From contig NC_043015.1 in the NCBI RefSeq assembly GCF_006345805.1, forward strand, positions 24,428,001-24,492,000: a DNA stretch of 64,000 nucleotides. The letters run 5' to 3'. Of the stretch, positions 1-11,880 are shown piece after piece. This stretch comes from Octopus sinensis (lineage: Eukaryota). Position 1 is the first letter of the stretch; every line of letters begins with the position of its first letter. Made by a program: the position numbers and the translations under genes. The notes beneath the pieces are model-generated. The model ran no database searches. It saw only the letters and a program-made list of their open reading frames with translations, and was not told the origin of the DNA.

Positions 1-128
1 GTAAACTATGTACATTAATTGATGATATTTATCTTTCACTGTTGGAAGTACTTATTTGTTGATCCGACCGCTAACGGAACTGGAAACTTTATATATATAT
101 ATATATATATAATGTGTGTGTGTGTGTG

Positions 129-418
129 TGGAGGCGCAATGGCCTAGGGGTTAGGGCAGCGGACTCGCGGTTTCGATTCCCGGACCGAGTGTTGTGTGTG
201 TTTATTGAGCGAAAACACCTCAAAGCTCCACGAGGCTCCGGCAGGGGGGGGGGGGTGATCCCTGCTGTACTCTTTCACCACTTTTTCTCTCTCTCTTTCT
301 TCTGTTGGCCTGCTCGCTTAGCCAGCGGGGTGGCGTCATTCGAAGGCTAAAATAATGCGAACGCATTGTGACCAGCGATGTGTAAAACATCTGATGGTCT
401 GGTCGGTCACGTGATCAC
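129..418 (+). mobile_element. tRNA-derived SINE, family 1 (ends in CACGTGAT repeats), near full length
   Basis: Head TGGAGGCGCAATGGCCTAGGGGTTAGGGCAGCGGAC...GGTTTCGATTCCC has pol III A-box and B-box-like motifs. Near-identical copies at 22856-23161 (-) and 47719-48023 (+). Confidence 0.9.
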
Positions 419-483
419 TTTTAGCTAAGTCATGCGTCATGCGATGGGTAACACCCTCTTATACACACACACACATATATATA

Positions 484-518
<35 letters not shown>

Positions 519-561
519 AGAGGGTGTTACCCATCGCATGACGCATAACTTAGTTAAAAGT
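417..561. repeat. Inverted repeat, 46-bp arms (417-462 / 516-561), around a (CA)/(TA)n tract
   Basis: Left arm ACTTTTAGCTAAGTCATGCGTCATGCGATGGGTAACACCCTCTTAT matches the reverse complement of the right arm with 2 mismatches. Confidence 0.95.
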
Positions 562-574
562 TCTGCTTATGGAG

Positions 575-1385
575 ACTTCAGATGAAAGCGTAAGAAATGT
601 TTACAGAAGAACAAGTAGAGTTTAGGCCTGTGGAGCAGATATTTAATATTAGACAGCTCACTAAGAAATATGTACAGTACATATCTGACCTGTATCACAA
701 CGTCATCGACTTCAAAAAGGCTTTTGACCGTGTCTGGTACTATGAGCTGTGGAACGTGATGAAGAATTACAAATTCAACAACTTCATCGAAGTAATCCAA
801 GCACTGTATGAAAACTCTCGCAGTGCAGTTCTAAAGACAAGATCGGGGAATACTTCAGAACAGGAATGTCTCTTCAGTGCTTTTCAATATCTTCTTTGAG
901 AACATCATGCAGGAAGCACTTCTAGACTTTCACCAATTTGTTTACATTGTGGGGCAGCGAATTTCCGTCCAGGTAGGAAGTAGTGAAGTAGGACTATAGG
1001 GGGCTCATCTCTAGTCTTGAAGAGTATTAGAACCATACGGGATTGAGATCAGCCCAGAAAGAGCAAGGTCCTGGTTAACTGTAATAACCAAAGCATGGCA
1101 GCAAGCATTATGCTGAATGAAGAAAAAAATTGAAGTGGACACATTTAAGTGCCTCGGATCCACTTTAACCAAGGACGGCAGATCGCAAAAAGGGATAGCA
1201 ACAAGACTCAGTTTAACCTCTGCTGCCATGACGAAGCTGAACGCCATATAACAAAAGCAATTCCATTATTTTCCCAAAACACACAAAGTGTGCAAATCCC
1301 GAGTGATTTTGATACTTATATATGGGTGTGAGATGTAGAATTCTACAGCTAACATGGAATCAAGAATTTAAGCATTTCGCCTAAT
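575..1385 (+). pseudogene. Decayed RTE-clade LINE reverse transcriptase fragment
   Basis: Across frameshifts it translates to EQIFNIRQL..KY...IDFKKAFDRVW, IFFENIMQEAL, EISPEKSKVLVN, FKCLGSTLTKDG and LIYGCE, typical of RTE RT and downstream motifs. Confidence 0.85.
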
Positions 1386-1900
1386 TGATTAAACTTGTTT
1401 TAAGATTATCTAGGCCGATTTTCATGTGTGTGTGCGCGCGCGCATGTGCATGTTCTCACCTGAGATTGCAGAAGCATGAAACTCGAGTTGCAGGACAGAC
1501 ACTTAGTTTCAATTTTAATTTTCAAAAATCAATATACACATATGACGCGCGCGCGCGTGTGTGTGTGTAATAGTTGTGGTTGAAAAACAAAATGCTCAAC
1601 ACTCATTATGGTTAAAAGTGATATTTGTAACAGAAAGGGTTAAAATGATAGTTGTAACTTAAAAAATCCGTCTATGAAAACAGAGAGAGAAAGAGAGAGC
1701 GGAGCTCCGTGTTACTTTCCAATGAATTCATTGCAAAATATCAGCAGAGAAGAATTCTAAATTGATATAATTCGAAAAAAGAAGAGTTTCATAAAATACT
1801 TCACCTTCGTCCATTTCTATGTTTTCAACACGCTCGGAAAAGTAACTATGAAACCATTTGAATATCGCTATTTTTTTTACACTCACTCACGCACACATGC

Positions 1901-1932
<32 letters not shown>

Positions 1933-2637
1933 ATCACACACACACCTATGTATGTATTTGTTCTATTGATTTCCAATTTGATCTTTGATATTAGATTCGA
2001 AATTTAATGTTCCTCCGGTATTATAATTCAAAGCCACAAGCACTTTTCCAAATGTTATTTGGAACAAAATTAATTGCTAAATATTGCCCTTAATTACTCA
2101 GAATTATTTTACGACAACGGTGGTTGGAGTCATTTTCTTTCTTTCTTTTTTTTACCATTTCGCTGTCAGAACAAAACCAAGAGCTGTTCAGAGAACCAGA
2201 CATCAGAGAAGCACCAGAAAGAATTATTGTAGCATTTATTTTTTTTTTCTTTCATTTTGAGAGTGATTCCTCATAACTGTCTGTCTATGGTTGGTCGTAG
2301 AGTATTATTTAGTGAAGACATTATCAACAGCCGTGGACTTGAGCAAAACCATTACGAATTTGGTAGTGAAACTCTGTCTGATCATTTATATCAGTAATCT
2401 CTATTTGTCCATTAAATGGATCCAAATAAAACACGCACACACACACACACAATGTGCATATATATGTATTTCTTGCAGATATGAATTAGGTGAATGGATA
2501 ATGTGTTAACGAATCTCTCATGGTTTCTCTCTTGCAACAATTCTTTACTTTGCTGTAAAACATTGACACGAAGAGGTTTCTGTGCAAATGTTATGAATCA
2601 CACCTAAAGATTATGCGTACCAACTTAGCGGTCACAA

Positions 2638-3155
2638 AATGGTGAAACCGTATGGCATATCACCAACCAATGTACGCCACTAGCCCAGAAGGAATATAAG
2701 AAACGCCACGACAATATAGCCAGGCTTGTCCATTGGACACTCTGCAAAAAGTATGGACTTCACAGAGCAAAAAATTGTTACGATCACAAACCCGAAGGCA
2801 TCATCGAAAATAAAAATGCAAAGATCCTATGGGATTTTATGATTCAGTGCGACCATGAGATAGAGAATAGAAAGCCAGACATAGTCTTAATTGAGAAAGA
2901 AAACAAACTATGCTGGATCATAGATATAGCATGCCCAGCTAATAACAATGTATGCGATGAGGAAGAAAGTCAAGTCGAGTGATATTAAAGGTTAGCTTGG
3001 GGAGTTAAGCAGTTGTGATCGATGAAAAAGGTAGCAGTAGTACCAATAACTGTCGGAGCCCTGGGAACAGTAAGCAAACATCTCGAGAAGTACGTGGGAC
3101 AAACAGGGGCTGCATAAGGGTGGGGCACTTGCAGAAAATAGCACTGCTGGGAAGC
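2638..3155 (+). pseudogene. C-terminal fragment of an RLE-type LINE (R4/Dong-like): zinc-knuckle remnant and restriction-like endonuclease
   Basis: Frame from 2638 gives NGETVWHITNQCTPLAQKEYKKRHDNIARLVHW...KILWDFMIQCDHEIENRKPDIVLIEKENKLCWIIDIACP...VVPITVGALG, with in-frame stops later. Confidence 0.85.
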
Positions 3156-3831
3156 GTTAAATCTTTCTCTATTACATGGCTGATCAGTTAGCTGTAATTT
3201 ATTATCGTTTGTATTATTTCATTTCCATGTTGGGATTTATACTCAGAACACAAAGACCCAAGTGAAAGTATCTGAGAAATGCTCCGCAATCTGTACTTCC
3301 ATTCAGGAGAGATAATTCAGTGGATCAAACAACTGCATCCTCATCGTTAAAGACGGAAATTCCTCACTACCATTATTGCTGTCAAAGCGACATCCCGTTT
3401 ACAAAAACTAAAAAGAAAAAAAAGAAATTGATGAACTCCTGACAACACTTCGATAGCTTTCTTTTCGAGCACAAAGCAGCTGAAAGGCCTGGTGTCGTTG
3501 ATTTCCGAACCAGCTCCCTCTTCAGTTGCATCAATAGTGCCTCACTGTGATGCTAAAGAGTTTAATGGATGTGACGTAAGAGATAAAATCGCTCATTAGC
3601 GCATCTGTCTGGCTATTTGTGGGGAGTAAATTATTTGCCATTTTGTTTCTCGAGACCAGACTAGGATATGTTTGTATGACTAGTTGTAATCTATTTCTTG
3701 ATAAACAGTTTATATATACATACATAATACGTACAGACATACATACGTAGACACACACATATATATATAAGGTCATTACTATACATAAATGCCTCACGCT
3801 ACAAAGGACGCTTAAAGTCAAAACTAGCATA

Positions 3832-3889
<58 letters not shown>

Positions 3890-3904
3890 ATGTATGTATG
3901 TATG

Positions 3905-4092
3905 TTTGTGTTTGTCCTCTACCATCGTTTGAAAACTGCTGGTGTGTTTACGTCCGCTTAACTTAGTAGTTTGGCAAAAGAGACGGTCAGAATAAGTACT
4001 AGGCTTACAAAGAATAAGCCCTGGGGTCGATTTGTTCGACTAAAGGCAGTGCTCCAGCATGACCGCAGTCAAATGACTAAAACAATTAAAAG
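3905..4092 (+). mobile_element. SINE family 3, 3' half
   Basis: GTTTGTCC...GAATAAGTACTAGGCTTACAAAGAATAAG...GTCGATTTGTTCGACTAAAGGCAGTGCTCCAGCATG...CAGTCAAATGACT matches the full copy at 63165-63605. Confidence 0.85.
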
Positions 4093-4699
4093 TATATATA
4101 TATATATATATATATATGAAACGTTGAATAATACACTTGTATCTCAATGAGATACAAGTGTATTATAGATAGTCGTCAGCTCATCGAGTCACGTGTATAT
4201 TGTTAAAGCATAAAAATACCCACGAAGTTTTCAAGCGATTCTGCCATCTCAGTATCTTGTACCTTCCATATTTAGAAAAAAAAGCCTGTAACGGTTGGTG
4301 AATACTCAGATAGGACGAAATCCCTAAAATCCAACGTCGAACGCAGGAAGACGATGGCCAGGAAAATAGCAGTAAGCTATAGGCATTAACAACCGTCTGT
4401 CTATCTTTTATTTCATTGTATCTTCTAATAGAATAACTTCTATATTATAAAGCAATGTGTTTGATAATACGGAAACAATGTCATGATGCAGGCCTAGCTG
4501 TTGGGGGTATTTGTCTCCCCTTCGTAAATATATAAGGACACAGGAAATGTGTCAAGGCCGACAGGGCTAAACAGCGGTGGTATAATTCCCTTACAGGACT
4601 GTCACGTTATGTTGACAGTATACAACCACTCTATCGCTCCACCACTGTACATATCTCTATGAGATATTTAGAAATTTAATATTTCTGAATGTCATACAT

Positions 4700-4830
4700 T
4701 TTAGCGGGAAAAGAACCAATCGATTAAACCGGTCTCAATACTTGACCGGTAGACATTTTATCGTTCACAGATGCATGAGAGGTGAAGTTGGCTTTAACAG
4801 ATTTGAGCTCAGTACTAAGAAGAATGCAAA
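4700..4830 (-). mobile_element. Old SINE family 2 fragment
   Basis: Reverse complement resembles ...GAGCTCAAATC...CAACTTCACCTCTCATGC...CGATAAAATG.CTACCGG of family 2, heavily diverged. Confidence 0.5.
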
Positions 4831-5600
4831 GAAAAGTCATGAATTAATTTGCTCGACACACTAAAGATTTTTCCAGTTGCGATCCCCTTCCAGCAAGATT
4901 TCCACAGCTCGGGCTAAAGAAAGATAAGCGACGATATTTTGACAGCTGCCTGAGGTGTGAAGACTTTCTTTATTAACACTAACAACATTTTGAGTGCAGT
5001 TTCCCGTGTGAATAAACACTGAAGACTATTTAAAATTGCAAGAAGAACTTTCAGGATTGGATTTAAGATTGTAAAATGAAATTTTCATTTCCAGTAACAA
5101 AATTATAGAGTGCAGGATGGAAATGTGCGTATAAAAAACCGACCAATTAACTTCATTTTTATGTTATTGTGAAAACAGCAACAACAAAAAGTTTTACAAA
5201 TTACAAGAAGGAAATACATTTTCTGTTAATAAGTTAGTTTTAAATGAATTTAAGACTAATCAAACACGAAAACGCATCGCCTTAAACATAAAATAAAAAA
5301 GAAGCATTAGTTATCATTTTTATCAAATGTTGAAAGATAATATTTATGCATTTAATTACCGAAAATAGAGAAAAACATTTTAATTTAGTAACATACATTT
5401 TCCCGTATGTGTGCGTGTGTGTGCGCGCGGGCCAGAGCATCGTCATATTCATGGGAATCACTATACATACATACGCACACACTCACTCACACACACTTTC
5501 ACACATACACACACTCACACACCCACACAGTCACAAACACACAAACTCACACACACACTCTCAGAGGCACGTACACTCACACACACACACATACATACAT

Positions 5601-5855
5601 GAAGGCGCGTAGCTAAGTGGTTAAGGTGTTCCCTCACCATCGTTAGATCGTGGGTCGATTACCTGACCGAACGACGCATTGTGTTCTTCAGTAAAACACC
5701 TCATTTCACATTGCCCCAGTCCACTCAGCTATTCACAGGTTACCCTGTGACGGACTGGCCTTCTGATTAATGGCAATGTGGCCCTGCTCGCTTAACCAGT
5801 CGGATGGCATTATTTGAAACGTAAAACGATGCGAAGAGCATTGTGACCATCCGAA
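5601..5855 (+). mobile_element. tRNA-derived SINE with a different head and middle but a family-1-like 3' module
   Basis: Head GGCGCGTAGCTAAGTGGTTAAGG...GGGTCGATTACC, middle CACATTGCCCCAGTCCACTCAGCT...CCCTGTGACGGACTGGC, then TGCTCGCTTAACCAG...GCATTGTGACCA as in family 1. Confidence 0.75.
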
Positions 5856-6137
5856 ATTGTGCCCAATCACATGATATATATATGCATACTTACATAAAGG
5901 AGACCAAAAGTGTACGTACGCCGCTATATGTATATAGTTTTTATTTTAAACAAGAATGTAACAGGCGACAACAAAAGATACGGACAGTTAGAAGATACAA
6001 AAAAGGACAGGAAAAAACAAGGACAGGTTAATTCGCATGCGAAATAATCCGGAAAAGAAAAGACCCATGAAACAAAACTGGGAAAGGGATAGTCCAGTAT
6101 ATATGTATGAAACAGAATTTGAAAGAAGGTATATCGG

Positions 6138-6275
6138 GGCACTCCGTCGGTTACGACGACGAGAGTTCCAGTTGATCCGAACAACAGAACAGCCTGCTCG
6201 TGAGATAAACGTGCAAGTGGCAAAGCACTCCACTGATACATAGTTCCCGGGGAGATTCAGTGTGACAATACAGGT
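6138..6275 (-). mobile_element. SINE family 4, 3' half
   Basis: GGCACTCCGTCGGTTACGACGACGAGAGTTCCAGTTGATCCG...AACGTGCAAGTGGC..AGCACTCCAC is the reverse complement of the end of 45798-46110. Confidence 0.8.
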
Positions 6276-6355
6276 ATAGCAGAAAGAAAGTTGAGCAGCG
6301 TTCGCCATCCCACTCCATAACGGAGCCTCGTGGAAATTTAAATGTTTACGCTCAA

Positions 6356-6973
6356 TCTCTATATTATTATTCTGAAATGCAAAAAGTTTGTTTGTCTGGT
6401 TTTGGCATTGAGAACGGGTTAAAGGCCACTAGATCTCGTCGTAACGACTCCAAAATTTACAGGGACATGTAAAATGAGGTGAGGATGCGAGTGGGCTAGG
6501 TTAGAAATCCCCATCTTAAAAGGTGTGGTTGCTAGGGCTAAAAAGGTACACTGACAAGTCTCCTCTCATTCTTTTATGTGTCTGTCTTCTCCGGCACTCA
6601 CTCTCTTTCCTCCCTTCTTTTCAACTTCTATCTATGACGTCGTTTCACAGCGTCTACCTCCCTTCCCTTCACGTTCTCTCTATAACGTTATAGAGAGAAA
6701 GTCAAAGGAAGGGAAAAAGTAATAATGAGTGAATGAGAATAACGACGAACGATTTAAAAAGCGTAAAAATATTTTCTTTCTCAACTTACTCAACATCTTT
6801 TGTTGTTTATGTCTGTCTGCATTCATAGAGAGAATTATCATCGCCACCACCACCACAAAATCATGAGAACAAACATATATTATGAATTACATATTTACTG
6901 GGTTAATTTATATGTGTGTGTGTTCTATATATAAATATGTATATATAATGTATATATAAAGTGTATATATCTG

Positions 6974-7014
<41 letters not shown>

Positions 7015-8037
7015 TTTGTATACATTTATATATATAATGCGTACACACACGTACACACACCACACACCACACACACACACACATATTAATATATATATAT
7101 ATATATATATAAATAATGCGTATATATGTACTTATATATATATAATGTGTGCATTATGTGGTCGGTTGTGCTGAAAATATGCACACCTATGTTAAAAGTG
7201 CTGGCGAGTTTGCATGCTAACTAATTGTTTTCCTCAAATAAAAGGCGTGACCTCTAGGACAAAATTCCTCATCTTATAACATGTGGCCCGATTAGACCCG
7301 AATGAAATCGGGTTATATTAACCAAAGTGTGGAAAGGGGTCTAAATGGGGCTGGGAGAGGATTAAAATTTACAGGAGCGGGTGTTTAGGAATTCTTTGTT
7401 ACATCAAGCTAAAGAATTTGCGCCAGCTTTTTAAATCGTCAATGTGCTGCCGTCCATGATGAAGAAGTTTTGAATGCTTGCCATGGTGAGTCTACTGTCG
7501 TGAGAAAGAATCACTTCAAAACTTGGTGTTTAGGAATTTTTTTTTACATCAAGTTCAAAATTTTACGCCAGCCGTTAAACTGCCACTACGTTGCTGTCCG
7601 TCGTTAAGAAATGCCAGTCATGGTGACTCTACTATCCTCGGATTCCATCCCTTCAAACTTTGGTTTCCAATATTTTTTTTCAGCTCGCAAGTTCGTCTGT
7701 CCCTTTTAAATGTTAATGTTTTGCTTTCCGCCTTGAAGCAGACCTTTCCGTTGTCACTGCCTGATATTTATGATTGATCTTTCAAACTACTTTCTCTCTC
7801 AACTTACTCAAGATCTTTTGTTGTTTATAAATGGGAGAGAGATAGACAGAGAAAGATAGAGATTAAGAGAAAGCGAGGGAGTGTCCAAGAGAAAGGAAGA
7901 GTAAGAGAGTGGGAAAGTGAGAGAGAAAGGAGAGAGAAACAAAGAGGGAAAATGTGGTGATAAAACAACACAAAGGAAGCAACAGAAAGTAACAACCACA
8001 CTCTTACACGCGCATAGAGCGGGCCACCTTTAGCTAG
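6356..8037 (+). mobile_element. Non-autonomous Helitron, family H1, copy 1 of a head-to-tail dimer
   Basis: Starts A|TCTCTATATT. Ends with a hairpin (ACACGCGCATAGAGCGGG, here imperfect) then CCACCTTTAG-CTAG at 8034-8037. No Rep/helicase ORF. Confidence 0.8.
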
Positions 8038-9861
8038 TTTTATATTATAATTCTGAAATGCGAAAAGTTTGTTTGTTTGTCTGGTTTTGGCATTCAGAAT
8101 GGGATAAAGGCCACTAGATCCTGTCGGATTGACTCCAAATTTTACAGTGACATGTAAAATGAGGTGAGGATGCGACTGGGCTAGGTTAGAAATCCCCATC
8201 TTAAAAGGTGTGGTTTCTAGGGCCAAAAACGCACTTTGACAAGTCTACTCTCATTCTTTTATGTATTTGTCTTCCAACATCACTCACTCTCTCTCTCCTC
8301 CCTTCCTTTCACTTTCTATATATAACGTCGTTTCACTGCGTCTACCTCTCTTCCCTTCAGTTTGTCTTTATAACGTCGTTTCACTTTGTCTTTATAACGT
8401 CGTTTCCTATATCTCCCCCTTCCCCGCCTTCGACCGCGCTTTCACACACTCTCTCTCTCTCTACGTCTGTCTGCATTCATAGAGAGAATTATTTTCGTCA
8501 CCACCACCACACAATCATGAGAACAAATATTATGAATCAGATATTTATTGGATTAATTTATATATGTGTGTGTGTGTGTCCTATATATAAATATGTATAT
8601 ATAATATATACATACAAAGTGTATATATCTGTATTTATGTATATTAAACTTTTTAATACTTTTTGATAGTTATATATATTTTTTAAAAAATATAAATATA
8701 AATTAATAATTTTAATTTTAAATTTAAATAATTTAATTTTTTTAATTTTATATTTTATATATTTTGTATATTATATTTTTATTTTTTTATGTTTTGGTTT
8801 ATGTTTTTCACTTTTTCATTTGCCTAATAGTGGTTTTATCTCTAATTTAATTTATATATATATAGATATATAATTTGTATAGATTTGTATATATAATGCG
8901 TACACACACACACACATATATATATATATAAATAATGCGTATATATGTACTTATATATATATAATGTGTGCATTATGTGGTCGGTTGTGCTAAAAATATG
9001 GACACCTACGTTAAAAGTGCTGGCGAGTTTGCATGGCAACTATTTTTTTCCTCAAATGAAAGGCGTGACCTCTAGGACAAAATTCCTCATCTTATAAAAT
9101 GTGACCCGAGTCGACTCGAATAAAATCGGGTTATATTAACCAAAATGTGAAAAGAGGTCTAAATGGGGCTTGAAGAGGATTAAAATTTACAGGAGCGGGT
9201 GTTTAGGAATTCTCTGTTACATCAAGCTAAAAATTTGCGGCAGCCTTTAAATCGTCAATGTGTTGCCGTCCATGATGAAGAAGTTTTGAATGCTTGCCAT
9301 GGTGACTCTACTGTCGTGAGAAAGAATCACTTCAAAGCTTGGTGTTTAGGAATTTTTTTTTACATCAAGTTCAAATTTTTACGCCAGCCGTTAAACTGCC
9401 ACTACGTTGCTGTCTGTCGTTAAGAAATACCAGCCATGGTGACTCTACTATCCTCACATTCTGTCACTTCAATCTTTCGTTTCCAATATTACTTTTATTT
9501 TTATTCAGCTCGCAAGTTCGTCTGTCCCTTTTAAATGTTAGTGTTTTGCTTTCCGCCTTGAAGCAGACCTTTCCGTTGTCACTGCCTGATATTTATGATT
9601 GATCTTTCAAACTACTTTCTCTCTCAACTTACTCAAGATCTTTTGTTGTTTATAAATGGGAGAGAGATAGATAGAGAAAGATAGAGAGTAAGAGAAAGCG
9701 AGGGAGAGTCCAAGAGAAAGGAAGAGTAAGAGAGTGGGAAAGTGAGCGAGAAAGGATAAAGAAACAAAGAAGGAGAACGTGGTGATAAAAAACAGAAAGG
9801 AAGCAACAGAAAGTAACAACCACATTCTTACCCGCGCGTAGAGCGGGCCACCTTAAGCTAG
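8038..9861 (+). mobile_element. Non-autonomous Helitron, family H1, copy 2
   Basis: Begins right after the CTAG of copy 1 (TTTATATTATAATTCTG, with TC mutated to TT). Ends with hairpin CCCGC-GCGTAGA-GCGGG then CCACCTTAAG-CTAG|T at 9858-9862. Colinear with copy 1 apart from many substitutions and indels. Confidence 0.85.
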
Positions 9862-9891
9862 TATATATATAAATTTATATATACTAAACTG

Positions 9892-10070
9892 TGGAGGCGC
9901 AATGGCCCAGTGGTTAGGGCAGCGGTCTTCGGATCGCGGTTTCGATTCCCAGACCTGGCGTTGTGAGTGTTTATTGAGCGTACACACTCACAACGCCCGG
10001 TGTGGGAAACGAAACCACTATCCGAAGACCGCAAGTCCGCTGCCCTAACCACTCGGCCATTGAACCTCCA
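9892..10070. mobile_element. Two family-1 SINE heads in fold-back orientation
   Basis: 9892-9980 is the SINE head on +. 9981-10070 is the same head on -, ending CCATTGAACCTCCA. Confidence 0.85.
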
Positions 10071-10192
10071 TTATATATATATATATATGTGTTATGTTTG
10101 TGCGCGCGCGCGGTAAGTGTGCTTACCATATAGCTGCAAGTTTAGTCCTACTGAGTGATACCTTATATACAATTGTGAGTGTTTATTGAGCG

Positions 10193-10244
<52 letters not shown>

Positions 10245-10258
<14 letters not shown>

Positions 10259-10380
10259 TTGTCCCCTCCCCCGTTACCTAGCGGTTCGGTGAAACACACC
10301 GATAGAATAAGTCCAGGTGTCGATTTGTTCGACTAAAAGCAACAGTCAAATGACTGAAACAAATAAAAGAATAAAAATCC
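10245..10380 (+). mobile_element. SINE family 3, 3' fragment
   Basis: GTTTGTCCC...TAGCGGTTCGG...ACCGATAGAATAAGT...GTCGATTTGTTCGACTAAA...CAGTCAAATGACTGAAACAAATAAAAG. Confidence 0.8.
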
Positions 10381-10499
10381 AAAGAATATATATATATATA
10401 TATCCGAGTTTGTATAAATCTGTATCATGGTGGTGCTCCAACATGACCTCAGCTGCATGGCTGTAACGAATAAGAATATATTAAGCAATCAAATTCCAG

Positions 10500-10680
10500 C
10501 CTGGTTTGATTTTCATGTTGTCAAGCGATGATGAGGGGACAAATACAAGCATAGAAACATATATGTATATACGACAGATTTCAAAGCTTTGGTCGGCTCC
10601 AGGCTATAGCAGAAAATACTCTGCCAAGGCGCCCCTTAGTGGGACTGAACCCGGAACATTGTGGTTGGGAAGCAAGCTTC
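10500..10680 (-). mobile_element. SINE family 3, 5' part
   Basis: GCTATAGCAGAAAATACTCTGCCAAGG...CTTAGTGGGACTGAACCCGGAACATTGTGGTTGGGAAGCAAGCTT is the reverse complement of the family 3 head. Confidence 0.8.
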
Positions 10681-11479
10681 TTTATTTCATCAGTTTGTTT
10701 TTCAAATAGACGACAGAAGAGAACGAGAGTTCAAATTGCAGCAAAGACAAATATTTTTCGGCCACACGGTAATCTTAGCCTTCACAGCTTTTCAATCCTT
10801 GTGTAATTCCTTGAAATTATTTTTCAAAGAGACTTCCACGCCGGCAAATAAACACAGTTCTCGCAAATAATTGAGAATAATGCAACACTCAAATTAAATT
10901 AATTTGTAAGCGAAACACACCTCCAGACAGCAGTTCTCACAGCTACGTGAGAAAAACACACTGCTCTACCGCAGACAGACCAAAAGCTCAGAATCCAGTG
11001 AGGACTCCTTGCCTGTACAAAAAATAAATCTCACAAACAACGAATCCTCACTAGACTCAAAAAGCAAAAAAGGTCTTACGTTATAGTAGAGCGTTTTTCA
11101 ATACAATTTTTGTCCGCTGCACACCATTAATCCTGAGTTAATTCTGAGTATTAACTCAGGACAACTCAAAGTGTCCGCACGATACACATTTCCCCATACG
11201 TCCTAATATCCAGTAATTACTGATTTATTTAACGTGATGTTTTTATTCTTTAACCTAACACCCGTGATAAACGAGTATAGGCGTATACGATTGGCTGCGA
11301 TGCGCACTGTGTTCTCTGATTCTCTGGTGAATTTTTGATAACGTTCTCCTGTATTTTATTACCAGGTGCCGTTTCATGCATGAAACAGAATTTTAAAGAA
11401 AGTTTCTGGCTCCCAAGAAACATAAAAGAATAAGAAAAAATTACTTGTTCCAATTTTCGTAATAACTCGTGCACAGCGG

Positions 11480-11880
11480 TACTGGCCATGCTGGGGTTGT
11501 GTTATTTTCTTTGCTCTTTTATTTGCCTTCTTTTGATGAACAGCGGTCATACTGGGGCACCACCTTACATAGTTGAACAAATCGACCGCAAAATATTTTC
11601 TTTATAAATCTGGTACTTATCAATCGGGTTTCTTTGGCTGAAACGCTACGGAGACATAAACAAACCAACACCGGTTATGAAACGTTGACACGGGACAAAC
11701 AACACAAACACACACTCGCGACAGGCTTTCAAAACGTTCCCGTCTACGCAGTCCATTCAAAAGGCCTTGGTCGGTCCAAGGCCTTTTGAAGAAAATACAT
11801 GCCGAAGGTAACATGCGGTGGGACTGAACCTGCCCCAAACCATGTGTTTGGGAAGCAAATTTCTTACCACACAGACATGC
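11480..11880 (-). mobile_element. SINE family 3, diverged near-full copy
   Basis: Tail GCGGCCATGCTGG-like motifs at 11480-11560 and head GGGACTGAACC...AAACCATGTGTTTGGGAAGCAAATTTCTTACCACACAG at 11820-11875. Confidence 0.75.

Noticed and set aside
129-200. tRNA genes at SINE heads throughout the window
   Set aside because: They have A/B-box-like motifs but no complete cloverleaf, and they run into SINE bodies.
222-275. HDV-like ribozyme in SINE family 1 (AGC-UCCACGAG-GCU resembles P3/L3)
   Set aside because: No upstream P1 partner for the following CCGGCAG and no catalytic C-R-A junction with a P2 strand could be found.
3491-3530. Minus-strand CUGAAGA...GGAAA motif
   Set aside because: No closing stem II pair, no UH site and no stem I.
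8640-8870. Extremely AT-rich irregular stretch inside Helitron copy 2 (similar stretch near 38900-39070)
   Set aside because: It replaces a (TA)n tract present in copy 1 and looks like degraded microsatellite or low-quality consensus rather than a distinct element.
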